DNA of 64,000 bases, taken from positions 20,894,001-20,958,000 of the forward strand of contig NC_043013.1 of NCBI RefSeq assembly GCF_006345805.1, given 5' to 3'. This DNA is from Octopus sinensis. Lineage: Eukaryota. The position numbers were made by a program, and so were the translations under genes. The notes under the pieces were generated by a model. That model was not told the origin of the DNA. It ran no database searches and was given only the letters and a program-made list of their open reading frames with translations. Of the stretch, positions 52,481-64,000 are shown piece after piece (position 1 is the first letter of the stretch; each line of letters opens with the position of its first letter).

Positions 52481-52960
52481 AGGCGGCGAGCTGCCAGAAT
52501 CGTTAGCATGCCGAGCGAAATGCGTAGCCGTATTTCGTCTGCCGTTACGTTCTGAGTTCAAATTCCGCCGAGGTCGACTTTGCCTTTCATCCTTTCAGGG
52601 TCGATAAATTAAGTACCAGTTGCGCACTGGAATCGATATAATCGACTTAATCCGTTTGTCTATCCTTGTTTGTCCTCTCTGTGTTTAGCCCCTTGTGGGT
52701 AGTAAAGAAATAGGTATTTCGTCTGCCTTTATGAATAAGGCGGTGAGCTGGCAGAAACGTTAGCGTGCCAGGCGAAATGCTTATCGGTATTTTGTCTGCC
52801 TTGACGTTCAGAGTTCAAATTCCGCCGAGGTCGACTCTGCCTTTCGGGCTCGATAAATTAAGTACTAACTACGCACTGGGGTCGATGTAATCGACTTAAT
52901 CCTTTTATCTATCCTTGTTTGTCCCCTCTATGTTTAGTCCCTTGTGGGCAATAAAGAAAA
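52481..52960 (+). mobile_element. two tandem SINE S1 (tail a) copies, 52481-52727 and 52738-52960
   Basis: Two heads, two cores and two tails; the first tail is followed by a ggtatttcgtctgcc restart. Confidence 0.9.
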
Positions 52961-53274
52961 ATGAAATTGTAGCATATTTAAAAACGCAGGCTCTACACTT
53001 CCTTATACTTGCAGTTCTTTTTTCTCGTTCCTTCATTATACACACTTACACTATTTTATTGACATTCACCCTCGCTGTATATACATATACAATTTCAATT
53101 TTTTTTCTCTTAATCAAAAGTTTTGTCCCCTCGTTTCAAATTGTCCCTCTCCTATAATTTTCATAATCATATAGTAATTCCTATCTCGCTCATCATTTTC
53201 TTGCTTTCTGAACCTTTTCTGTTTGATCACATTAGCTTTCTATTTCCAGAATGTTGGATAAATGCTTAATTTTA

Positions 53275-53277
<3 letters not shown>

Positions 53278-53346
<69 letters not shown>
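53278..53346. repeat. (TC)n
   Basis: Read directly. Confidence 0.95.
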
Positions 53347-53347
<1 letters not shown>

Positions 53348-54192
53348 TGCCAGCTATTTATATATTTATATAAGCCATCCTTAAAATGCGTTATTTCTCT
53401 TCCACCTGCCGAGTGCAGCCATTCAATTTGCCCGAAACATTACTACAGTATAACAAAAAAATTGTTGGAATCAAGGAATAAGAATAAAGGTGATATGAGA
53501 CTTGGCCTTTTATAAAGACAGAAAATAAAGATATGGATATGACTCCGTATACACATTCCTTCCTAATTCATGAAATATTTATACCAGAGTGATGTATGTA
53601 TATATGAATATGTATATAGCAATACTTCGACTTCCCCGCTATTCCACAACGCTATGCTAAATTTCTTCGAGTTATAATTCTTCTTTCGTTGTTTTTTCAG
53701 TAAGTTTTCGCTCCCTTCGCCCTCTCTTTCCACCACTTTCCACCTCCAAATATATATATAAATAATTCCAAATACGATTTCAGAGAAGAGACTGCACCGA
53801 GAAACATTCCGATATATTTCTTAAAGATATACTTCTCTCACAAATATAAACATAAAATAAACTTATCATAAATATATACATACACCACACACAGAGATAT
53901 AAACACATCTAAGCACGCTCACATGGACAGCTTTGTACATTGTTAAAGTTTTCTTCAACCTTAAGCGAATGTACAGACGATTCTGCATAAGTATGTATAA
54001 AACTCAGGAGGGAAAAAAGAAACCAGGTATGGATGTTGTGTTATATACAGGGAGACTTTACCATAAGCAACAGATGGTTATTTGCTCAGTGGTTTGCTGC
54101 TTATGCACAGAATAATCGTTTATGCACCGAATATTTGCATTTCTATTGTAAACAAATTTCCATTGTGCACCGAAAACCCGTCGCTTCTGCAG

Positions 54193-54288
54193 CAAATGTT
54201 TAGCTATGAAGTGATTCTAAGGGCTAATCCGTACTTGTACTGTTTCCCCAATCCGAAACGTGATGTAATCACTGCATCAATGCAGTTG
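54193..54288 (+). CDS. candidate exon (QMFSYEVILRANPYLYCFPNPKRDVITASMQL)
   Basis: Acceptor gtcgcttctgcag, donor TTG|GTTAGT, 96 nt, phase 0 to 0. Confidence 0.3.
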
Positions 54289-54546
54289 GTTAGTTACACT
54301 GCTTCATTGTGTGCTACATGGTGTAGTTAAATAACAAACACTGACTAGTCTCAACCTTACTTATGGCTTATAACAGAAATATCGATTTTTTTATACAGCT
54401 TTTAGTAAGATTTTACCTTCATTTCTGATTCTCACACACACTCGTATACAATAACAGAAACACACACACACTCATAACTATATACTTTTGTGTGTGCTTA
54501 TATATATATATTGTGTCTGTGTGTGTTGTATGTGTGTAAATGTATA

Positions 54547-54589
<43 letters not shown>

Positions 54590-54696
54590 AATGCATACAC
54601 TCTTGTTTATATATATATATATATATGCATGCATACATGTTTGTGTGGATATATGAACATAGATAACTATGTGTATACAAAAACATTATTTTTTTC

Positions 54697-54733
<37 letters not shown>

Positions 54734-55448
54734 ATATTATATATATATGAATATATACAACTATATGCATTCATATATATTTGCATATATAAATGTATTT
54801 TCATAGACATACACATGCATACATATTTGTGTGTATCTCTGTATAGGTGTTTATGATTCATGTTTCACCCACATTACAGATATTCGGTTTACATTTCTTC
54901 ATTGCACTTCTAAATTATCCTTTCCAACATTGCATCTTATTTGTTGCTAAATGAATTAGCATTCCCTTACGAAATAATATAGACTATTATTGAAACCAGT
55001 TCTGCAATTCTCTTGTAAAAACTTTCCATGTGTATTGTCTATTCGTTTTCTTGCATAAAAGTAATGTTGCACGTCACTTGCAATTAACGTAAATGTTTTC
55101 CATACTAAATCAGAAATGGGCGCCATTTTAGCACAATCATATATATATATATATGCGTATTTGCATTTGCAATCATACACCATTTACCATCTCACTTTTT
55201 GATAATGTCATTTTATTGAATAGAAGCAATAATTTTCAAAATATTGAAATGTAGAAGAAGAAAGATTGGATATAATTTTAAGACAGAACTGTTAAAAGGC
55301 TCACATCTACAGAAGAAGAAACATCTAAAAATTTCAGTCGTATTTCAAATCACATTTCTTGAGCTATTGAAACAGAATGTTTTATTTACGACGGTTGTCA
55401 TGAGTGTAATGGGATATTAGAAAACTTATTGTTTTAGTGTATTTTATA

Positions 55449-56845
55449 CACTAGGTGCGATTAAAATATCCCAGTTCATTTTTTGCAGCCAAAGCTAATG
55501 CTACATGGGCAAAATTCTTTGGGTGGGGAAATAATACCAGCCTTCTTGTACATATCAAAAAATTCTTGCGCCGTTAGGCCACGTTAGTTCCCAGATGTCG
55601 CGCGTAAAGTACAGACTCGCTTGTCGGATTGTCGGTTTTGCGCAAGATGACCGGACGAATCAAGGTGATACCATAAACCTATGTATCATCACCAGTGATG
55701 ATGGTCTTCAGGTGGTCGGTCTGGGTTATGTTTTGCACAGTTCAACATTTCCTAAACAATTTCCAACGGAGTTGCTTCAGGAGCTCCAGGGACGAACTTT
55801 GCTGACACTCTCCACATGCACAAATACTCCGTTAAAATGAAATGCCCTGATCCTGTACTTGTTCTCACTTTGTGTGCAATTTCCTGGATTGATACATGAT
55901 GGTTTTTCATTACTATTCGCCGAACCTTCATAATCTGCTCCTCGTTTCGGCTTGTGAATGACCTGCCCGAGTGTGCTCCGTTACCCACTGAGGTGCGGCC
56001 ATGTTTGAAACGTTTGTACTACTCCATGCTCTGCATTTTGCCCATGACATCAACACCAAAGGCCTGCTGAATCTTTGGTGCGTTTGAGCATGAGTATCAC
56101 CAAGATTTTGGCAAAACATGATGCAATATCTCTGCTCGATGCGTTCACCGAAAACGAAAATCCGCCGAGACAACCAGATCAAGTGATTCTGACCTCATCC
56201 GAGATGATTTTTGGGTTCATCACTTTGAATCAGAGACGAAGAGATAATCCATGCAGCGGAAACCTCCTCTTCATTTGCTCCAAAGAAGAGCAAGGATGTT
56301 TCCTCTGCATACTAAATGCTTAGTATGCAAAAAAGCATTGTGTTTATCGACTATCTTCATAAAGGCCGCACCAGCAATAGAGAGTGTTATGTCGACCTAC
56401 TGTAGCAATTATGAAAGGCTATCAAGCCCAGATGACCAGAAAGATTGATGAAAGGGATCTTGTTCCAACAGGACGATGCTCTAACGCAGAATCCCTTGCA
56501 TTCAATGAATATTGTGCGTGACTGTGGGTTTGAACTGCTTGATTCCCCTCCCAATTCTCCTAATTTGGCCCCATCTGGCTATTGTCTGTTTCCCAACTTC
56601 TAAAAACATTTGGCTGCGAAGCGGCATCGCAGTGATGATGACGTCATATCTGCTGTTGATGACTTTGGGGACCAACAAGATGAAAACACCGTCACCAATA
56701 GGCTCCAACTACTGTAACGTCGATAAAAGAATTGCGTGGGCCACAATGGAGACTATGTAGAAAAAAAACCTAATTTGGTTACATTCTCACATTCCATAAG
56801 AGTATCATAGCCGGCCTATAGCTGTTGTTTCAGCAGACCCTCGTG
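55449..56845. mobile_element. composite of decayed mariner (DD34D) fragments in both orientations
   Basis: Plus strand 55449-55661: left end to MTGRI. Minus strand 55662-56167: RIEQRYCI.FC..LG..VSAKFVP..ITGDDT*VYG. Plus strand about 56180-56845: DDFWVHHFESETK..LFQQDDA..PPNSPNLAPSGYCLF..NGDYVEK and TIR cagcagaccctcgtg|TA. Confidence 0.9.
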
Positions 56846-56870
56846 TATATATATGTATATATATATATAC

Positions 56871-57135
56871 ATATAATTTTTTTTTTCATAATGAGATTAA
56901 AAAGACCAAGGCAGTGTAGATTTTAGAACGCTGCCTTGGTTTTTTTTTTATCTCATTACGAAAAATAAATATTTTTATATACACAAGCTGGTATATGACA
57001 TAAGTTGGACCCCTTATTCACATAATCACCGAACCTGGAACTTAACTATGGTCTAGCCATAGCACTTATTCAGCATTACCTGACACCTTTGGGTCACAGT
57101 GACACCATTACGTCTCACAACCTATTTCTCTATTT
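56871..57135 (+). mobile_element. family F fold-back element: arms 56882-56917 and 56928-56965, tail, (TA)n on both sides
   Basis: tttttcataatgagat..accaaggcagtgt versus acgctgccttggt..atctcattacgaaaaa. Confidence 0.6.
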
Positions 57136-57191
<56 letters not shown>

Positions 57192-57195
<4 letters not shown>

Positions 57196-57519
57196 AAAGA
57201 CTCCGCCGGTTACGACGACGAGGGTCCCAGCTGATACGATCAACGGAACAGCTTGCTCGTGAAATTAACGTGCAAATGGCTGGGCATTGCACAGACACGT
57301 GTACCCTTAACGTAGTTCTCGGGGATAATCAGCGTGACACAGAGAGTGACAAGGCTGACCCTTTGAAATACAAGTACAACTCATTTTTGCCAGCTGAGTG
57401 GACTGGAGCAACGTGAAATAAAGTGTCTTGCTCAAGGACACAACGCGTCGCCGGGAATCGAACTCACAACCTTACGATCATGAGCCGAATGCCCTAACCA
57501 CTAAGCCACGCGCCCTCAC
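57192..57519 (-). mobile_element. tRNA-derived SINE family S4 with CORE-like central domain, inserted in (TA)n
   Basis: A box TGGCTTAGTGG, B box GAGTTCGATTCCC, gtgtccttgagcaagacact..gctccagtccactcagctg. Confidence 0.85.
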
Positions 57520-57542
57520 TATATATATATATATATATAATT

Positions 57543-57753
57543 AAAATAAGCAACAAGTATATCCGTGGTAGAGTAGTACAATTGTTTCATGCTACTTCAT
57601 TTTATTAAACAGTGTACTACTCTACTGCCGATATACTTGTTGCTGATTTTGATTATAATCACCCCATTTGATTTATATGGATAATACCATACCAAATTCT
57701 GGTGTCTTTGACTTAAGTACCATATTCATCTGAATCTAAATTTCGCTGACCTT
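57543..57753 (+). mobile_element. family B short fold-back copy: arms 57543-57580 and 57613-57650
   Basis: Tail nearly identical to the reverse complement of 58593-58690; (TA)n on both sides. Confidence 0.85.
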
Positions 57754-58370
57754 ATATATATATATATATAGATAGATAGATCCCGTCTGCTGTTTATAGT
57801 TGCACTGCTCCCTTCCTTTCTCAAGCATTCGTTTGTTAAAAGACAACTGTATAGCAATTCACACTGAATGTAACCACAAGTTGGGAAGGTGACTGCCTAA
57901 GAGCGAAACAGGATTACTTCTGTAAAATGTCACAGATTACCCCTGCAAAATGACACACATTATTTCTGTAAAGCGTCACATGTTGAGTACTTTATATGCT
58001 ATATCACATAGCCTAAGAATATACGTGAGTGTGTGCGTGTCTGTGCCTACATAACTATGTGTGTGTACCTGTGTGTATGTCGGTGTGTTTTATGGGCGTA
58101 GGTATAATGAGAATATATTTATGGGTGTCTAAATATTTATATGCATGCATGTATGTATGCTTATTACTATTTATAAATGTCTTGAAGCTGAAGCAGAATA
58201 AGAATATTAATGAAATTTATTTATTATAGTAACGTGTTCACATAAGACCGCGCGCAAGCATGTGCATATATATCCATATGTGTGTGTGTGAGTTTGTGTG
58301 TACGTGTGTGTGTGTGTATGTGTGCATACCCGCTCGTACGCGGTTCTATGCGAATACGTAGCTACAATGA

Positions 58371-58409
<39 letters not shown>

Positions 58410-58446
58410 GTGTGTCTGTGTGTGTTTGTGTGTGTGTGTATGTATG

Positions 58447-58477
<31 letters not shown>

Positions 58478-58550
58478 AATATATATATATATATATATAT
58501 ATACATAGAAAAATTTAAATTGTGGATGTAGAGTTACCAAAGGTTTTATT

Positions 58551-58592
<42 letters not shown>

Positions 58593-58595
<3 letters not shown>

Positions 58596-58800
58596 TTCAG
58601 CAAAATTTAGATTCAGATGAATATGGTACTTAAGTTAAAGGCACAGAAATTGGTATGGTATTATCCATATAAATCAAATGGGGTGATTATAAGCAACAAG
58701 GATATCCAAGGTACTATAGTACAATCGTTTCATGCTAAAATGAAGTAGCATGAAACGATTGTACTACACTACCTTGGATATTCTTGTTGCTTACTTTGAT
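58593..58800 (-). mobile_element. family B short fold-back copy: 47-bp arms 58691-58737 and 58746-58792
   Basis: 8-nt loop; retains only the GAAAC-GATT-GTA half of the hammerhead. Confidence 0.85.
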
Positions 58801-58809
58801 AGGTCGCCA

Positions 58810-59008
58810 TGTTGATTCGTTAGCTACTGCACGCATTTTTTTTCTCTCCTTTTTCTGTGTTTTTCTCTCTCTGTGTATCTTTCTGTTGAAGAGCGTAGGC
58901 TCGAAACGTTAAAGACTTTTTTATTTATATTCCTGAGCCCATACTAATACAATTGTTCGTTTGTTTTCCACCTGCTTCGTCTTTTGTTATTTTCATAAAG
59001 CTTCCCGT

Positions 59009-59009
<1 letters not shown>
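58810..59009 (+). mobile_element. family D element joined head-to-head to family B
   Basis: Homologous to 13570-13760; ends at (TA)n. Confidence 0.75.
58878..58915 (+). ncRNA. minimal hammerhead-like motif lacking loop III (A6 to U variant)
   Basis: UCUUU-CUGUUGA-A-GAGC(GUAG)GCUC-GAAA-CG-U-U-AAAGA. Confidence 0.55.
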
Positions 59010-59042
<33 letters not shown>

Positions 59043-59693
59043 ACGTGTGGATGTATGTGTGGGTGGTGTGTGGGTGTGTGAGTAAGTGTGTGTGTAGAAG
59101 AGTTGTATATAGAAAAATATAATCAAAATTCGTTGACATTAGATTAAGGATTTTCATCGTACGCTTTAACTTTATTTACTGTGTCAAAACTAAAATACAA
59201 GAGACGTAATACGAAGAATATTGATTGATTCCAGTTGCTTCCTCTGAAGTGTTTCCAGAGTAGAAATTTGTAATTAAGCTAAAGATTCTTTGCCCCCCAA
59301 TCACACATTCAATGAAGCTGAACAAAATAAATCTTTAAATTGATTCCGTCGTGTTTGTTCACATCGTAAACCAATACTGCAAGCAGTCGAATGTGGATTG
59401 TAATGTCAGAGATATCCCCCTGTTTAACATATAAATTAACTAACGTTCAAATATTTGCCTTCTGTGGATTAAATATGAAATCTATTCTCAATATTACAAC
59501 AGCTAGACGACAGAATTTCAAAGATACTGGCAATCTTTCTGAATAAATTTTTATGTATGCATCACACTCATGCAGATAATGAGACACGCGCACAAATACA
59601 CACGAATGAACATGTACACACACGCGTTTGTTTTCATGTATTTGTATATGTATGTGTGTGTATACAGCTATGCATGTATATATGCGCATATGC

Positions 59694-59726
<33 letters not shown>

Positions 59727-59731
<5 letters not shown>

Positions 59732-59952
59732 CTTTACTAACCACAAGGGGCTAAACACAGAGAGAACAAACAAAGACAGACAAACGGATTAAGTAGATTA
59801 CATCGACCCCAGTGCGTAACTCGGTACTTATTTATCGACCCCGAAAGAATGAAAGGCAAAGTCGACCTCGGCGGAATTTGAACTCAGAACATAACGGCAG
59901 ACGAAATACTGCTAAGCATTTCGCCCGGCGTGCTAACGATTCTGCCAGCTCG
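59727..59952 (-). mobile_element. SINE S1 (tail a), young
   Basis: Close match to 16499-16944 without the MITE. Confidence 0.9.
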
Positions 59953-59955
59953 TGT

Positions 59956-59987
<32 letters not shown>

Positions 59988-60035
59988 TGTATATATATAT
60001 TGTATATATAAAATAGTATATATTATATATTGTAT

Positions 60036-60103
<68 letters not shown>

Positions 60104-60336
60104 GAGAGGACGGTATAATGGAAACATCACTTTGGATTTAACTATTTAGTTCCATATTTCTATTTGCAATACCTCAAATTTAGAAGTTATATTCCGTATA
60201 TATATGTGTTCATATGCCCTATGTATATATATGTCTTTTACTTCTTGAGATAGTTCTTCGGTTTCGACTTTTGCAAGTATTCATATTTAACTTAAAAGTT
60301 GTTTCGTCCAAAGAGGAAAACCTGTTGGATACTAGT

Positions 60337-60758
60337 ACTCTTTTACTCTTTTACTCTCTTACTCTTTTACTTGTTTCAGTCATTTGACCGTGGCCATGCT
60401 GGAGCACCACCTTTTAGTCGAGCAAATCGACCCCAGGACTTATTCTTTGTAAGCCTAGTACTTATTCTATCGGGCTCTTTTGCCGAACCGCTAAGTAACG
60501 GGGACGTAAACACACCAGCATCGGTTGTCAAGCGATGATGAAGAGACAAACACAGACACACAAACATATACATATACATATATATACATATATACGACGG
60601 GCTTCTTTCAGTTTCCGTCTACCAAATCCACTCACAAGGTTTTGGTCGGCCCGAGGCTATAGTAGAAGACACTTGCACAAGTTGCCACGCAGTGGGACCG
60701 AACCCGGAACCATGTGGTTCGTAAGCAAGCTACTTACCACACAGCCACTCCTACGCCT
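60337..60758 (-). mobile_element. SINE S2 full copy
   Basis: As for 37066-37521. Confidence 0.9.
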
Positions 60759-60859
60759 ATATACTGTTGAATTATTTTATATTTCGAGAGATACAGCCTT
60801 TAAAAGGTGAAACAGCTTTGGGTATTCTGACGGGATACACAGCTCACAGAGAGGAACCA

Positions 60860-61554
60860 CAAAATATTGAAATATGCTACCATGTCTCAAAAAGACATCG
60901 AGTTACAGCAGCAAAAGAGGCAGCAAAGCTACATTTACAATTTTGCCTGCCTAAACCCTTTGTCATGAGCTGGATTCCATAAGGGAGCTTCAATTGGTAA
61001 CCTTTTCCTGTCCCACATCAAAATTGATAAGCGGGGAAATGGTGCCTAGATTATCAAAACTAGTCAATGGCTCAATGGAATATTCATCTCTAGTGAAGTA
61101 TCAGTTACGCTTTTTCGCACTTCAGACTAAGTTCACTTCTTGAAACACGCGAAAGAAACCTTCAGCTCTGTCTGCTTGTCGCCTCCCATGAAGTATGGAG
61201 GTGGCTCTGTAATGATTTGGGCAGTGATATTATAGAATGTCTTATCACTGCAGTTTTTCTTCGTAACAGTGATAACAATACGAATTATCGTTACCGATTA
61301 TCTGAGTATTTTGGTTTATATTGTCCATTCTAAGATACAAATATTGTACCTGCACGTGTGGAGTTGCTTCCCTCCACCATCGTCGCTGGTTTTACAAGAA
61401 GAATGGTTTCAAATTTCCATCTAGCCATCTGGAAGCTGTACGATTCAACCCCTATGCGTATTAAATCTCCGACTGATGCCAAATAATATTAAATAATATA
61501 AAATAATAAAACACCCATATAACAAGGTGTTTCCGTTATTTTGAACGAGCCCTG
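60860..61554 (+). mobile_element. decayed Tc1-type transposon with right TIR
   Basis: HRVTAAK..ISSEVSVTLF.TS..CLSPPMKYGGGSVMIWA; ends ggtgtttccgttattttgaacgagccctg|TA. Confidence 0.75.
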
Positions 61555-61580
61555 TAAATATGTATACATGTATGTATATA

Positions 61581-61835
61581 TATGAAACGATCGTAGTGTT
61601 TTACTCTTTATCTTTTATTAAACTTTTAATACTTTTGATATATATTTAAAATAATATAAATTAATTAATTTTATGTATTGGCTTATGTTTTTCATTGTTT
61701 GATTTGCCTAATAGTGGTTTTATCTCTAATTTAATATAATATAATATAATATATTTTACTATAAAATTGGATTTAATCCTAAATCTGATTTTTCCCTGTA
61801 AGTTTGGATTTATTCCCTAATATTTTATTATATTT

Positions 61836-61838
<3 letters not shown>
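61581..61838 (+). mobile_element. family C (TA)n-abutting pLTR-like end
   Basis: Begins with the hammerhead half GAAAC-GATC-GTA; an inverted homolog lies at 63780-63930. Confidence 0.7.
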
Positions 61839-61891
<53 letters not shown>

Positions 61892-62227
61892 GTTTAACTG
61901 CTTTGAATTGAAGTAGAGAAGAGTGCTCAGTACATACATATTGCAGTGTATATAGGTTTATTGAAAATTATTCTTTCTGTTACGAATTGATTGAGTTTCA
62001 CGCCACTGAGAATTCGTGATATAAGCATATAGTTTCGCCTGTCCCTCCCACCATTGACTCGATAGAGCATCGAGGATTTGAGAGGTGGAAATGAGTGTAT
62101 CCACATTCGGTTTGTACTCATTTTCAGCCGTGTAGATTTGAGCAACGCGAAACGAGTTGCCTTTCCCGTTAAAGATTCACCTCCCGTATTTAAAATCGTT
62201 AAAGAAAACTGAATACATTGAACATGG

Positions 62228-62262
<35 letters not shown>

Positions 62263-62340
62263 TATATAACACATGCCACTTGGACACTCCAACCTGCACT
62301 GGTTGTTGATTCCACAGTGGGCTGTGCACTGCTCGCCGAG

Positions 62341-62474
62341 TACAGAGTTTCTGACCTCTCTTTTCGAAAGGCAGCCCCATACGACAACAATGTTCTGTCC
62401 AAAAGTGCTTTAAGGATAAATTAATATATACCCCTGTAATATTAATCACAATGATAATAATAATAATAATAATA

Positions 62475-62511
<37 letters not shown>

Positions 62512-63200
62512 CATAATAATAATAATAATAACAATCATAATAATAGACCTAATAATAGACATAGGAAGATAGCTTTGTTCGCCCCTCCCTTTTCACTTAA
62601 CGTAAAATCTAACATAAGTAAAAGATTCCTTTCTCCCGAAGACAACCATTTTCCAGAAAATCATAGGTACAGATAAACATTTAACAGGCGCTCAGTGTAA
62701 TTATCCTTTAGCTGCTGCTCCAGTACGAAGAGTATCGTTACATGATGCCAACACCAAGAACCTACACCCAGTTGTAACTATCGAGACCCAGGAACCAGTT
62801 CACTTGATCAGCGATGTATGATTAATCCGTCATAAATGAAGCAGAAGTTACAGCAACACTAGATAATAATACAAGAAGAGCTATGCTAGATAACAACATA
62901 AGAAGAACTATATCTGGCAATACTAATCACATATCGTCCTTCGGGGACAAAAGTAAAGCTACTAATTTGGCTAGCCATGGATGAGGTTTGAAATCGAATG
63001 CCACACCACATACGATAAAGGGGAAAATAGTCGAAAAATGTACACCAAATGTTAACAGAACAAAAAAATGTAAGCTATGCAAAGCTGAAAGAACTTAGAT
63101 ACTTTTCAGATCTAAGGACGCTAACTCATTGCTGAATTCTAAATCCGAAATTTTCAAAGTTTAAAAAAAAATGGCTAAGTTCCTGTTGGCGAACTGGAAT
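62341..63200 (+). mobile_element. decayed Penelope-like element ORF: RT C-terminus, Asn-rich linker and GIY-YIG endonuclease
   Basis: RVSDLS..KAAPY..(N)n..RHRKI..APPFSLNVKSNISKRFL..NHFP.NH...FNRRSV.LSFSC..CNYR...LDQRC...KKCKLCKAE...LLNSKSEIF...KFLLAN; many stops, YIG motif lost. Confidence 0.85.
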
Positions 63201-63539
63201 AACTCATTGAGTCACTGTGCCACACACTCGAATCCACTATCTTTGCCGTCTTATATTCTACGGTCATAGGGGAAATAACTCTAATTCCCTCATTTTCCTT
63301 CTTTCTGATTTCTTTTTCATTTTTCTTTCATTTTTCATTTCTTTTTTCATTCCTGCCGTCATATCTATTTCCTTCTCGTCTTTCTTCGCCTTTTCGCTCG
63401 TCCTATCGTCCCATTTTTAGTTTCTTAATCCATATGGAAGGTGACTTATGATTTTGCTAGTACCGCAGGCGTGTTAAAAGATACTGTATGGCATATTCTT
63501 AGCACATAAATACATATATATTGTTTTTCTTTAATCATA

Positions 63540-64000
<461 letters not shown>

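Noticed and set aside
57487-57519. tRNA gene call for SINE heads (S1-S4)
   Set aside because: A and B boxes are present but there is no complete cloverleaf, and the sequences continue into SINE bodies.

Overview
This is AT-rich, microsatellite-saturated animal DNA; the repeat spectrum suggests a cephalopod, most likely Octopus (inference, no database search). There is no intact long ORF, and nearly all of the supplied ORF track is translated microsatellite. The window is dominated by four tRNA-derived SINE families and decayed non-LTR retrotransposons (RTE, R4/Dong-like, CRE-like, Penelope-like). It also holds mariner, Tc1 and hAT remnants, a TTAA MITE nested in a SINE, and several plus-strand exon candidates that can be spliced in frame into an unidentified protein. 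The most notable signal is a set of short, non-coding elements that end in (TA)n, often carry a long fold-back inverted repeat, and contain type I hammerhead ribozyme folds. About ten complete motifs were folded by hand. Some have unusually long stem II and palindromic stem-loop III, and two elements carry one hammerhead on each strand. A decayed Penelope-like RT-thumb/GIY-YIG ORF is also present and is a plausible partner class. Folding, translation and coordinates were done by eye, and ribozyme activity is untested.
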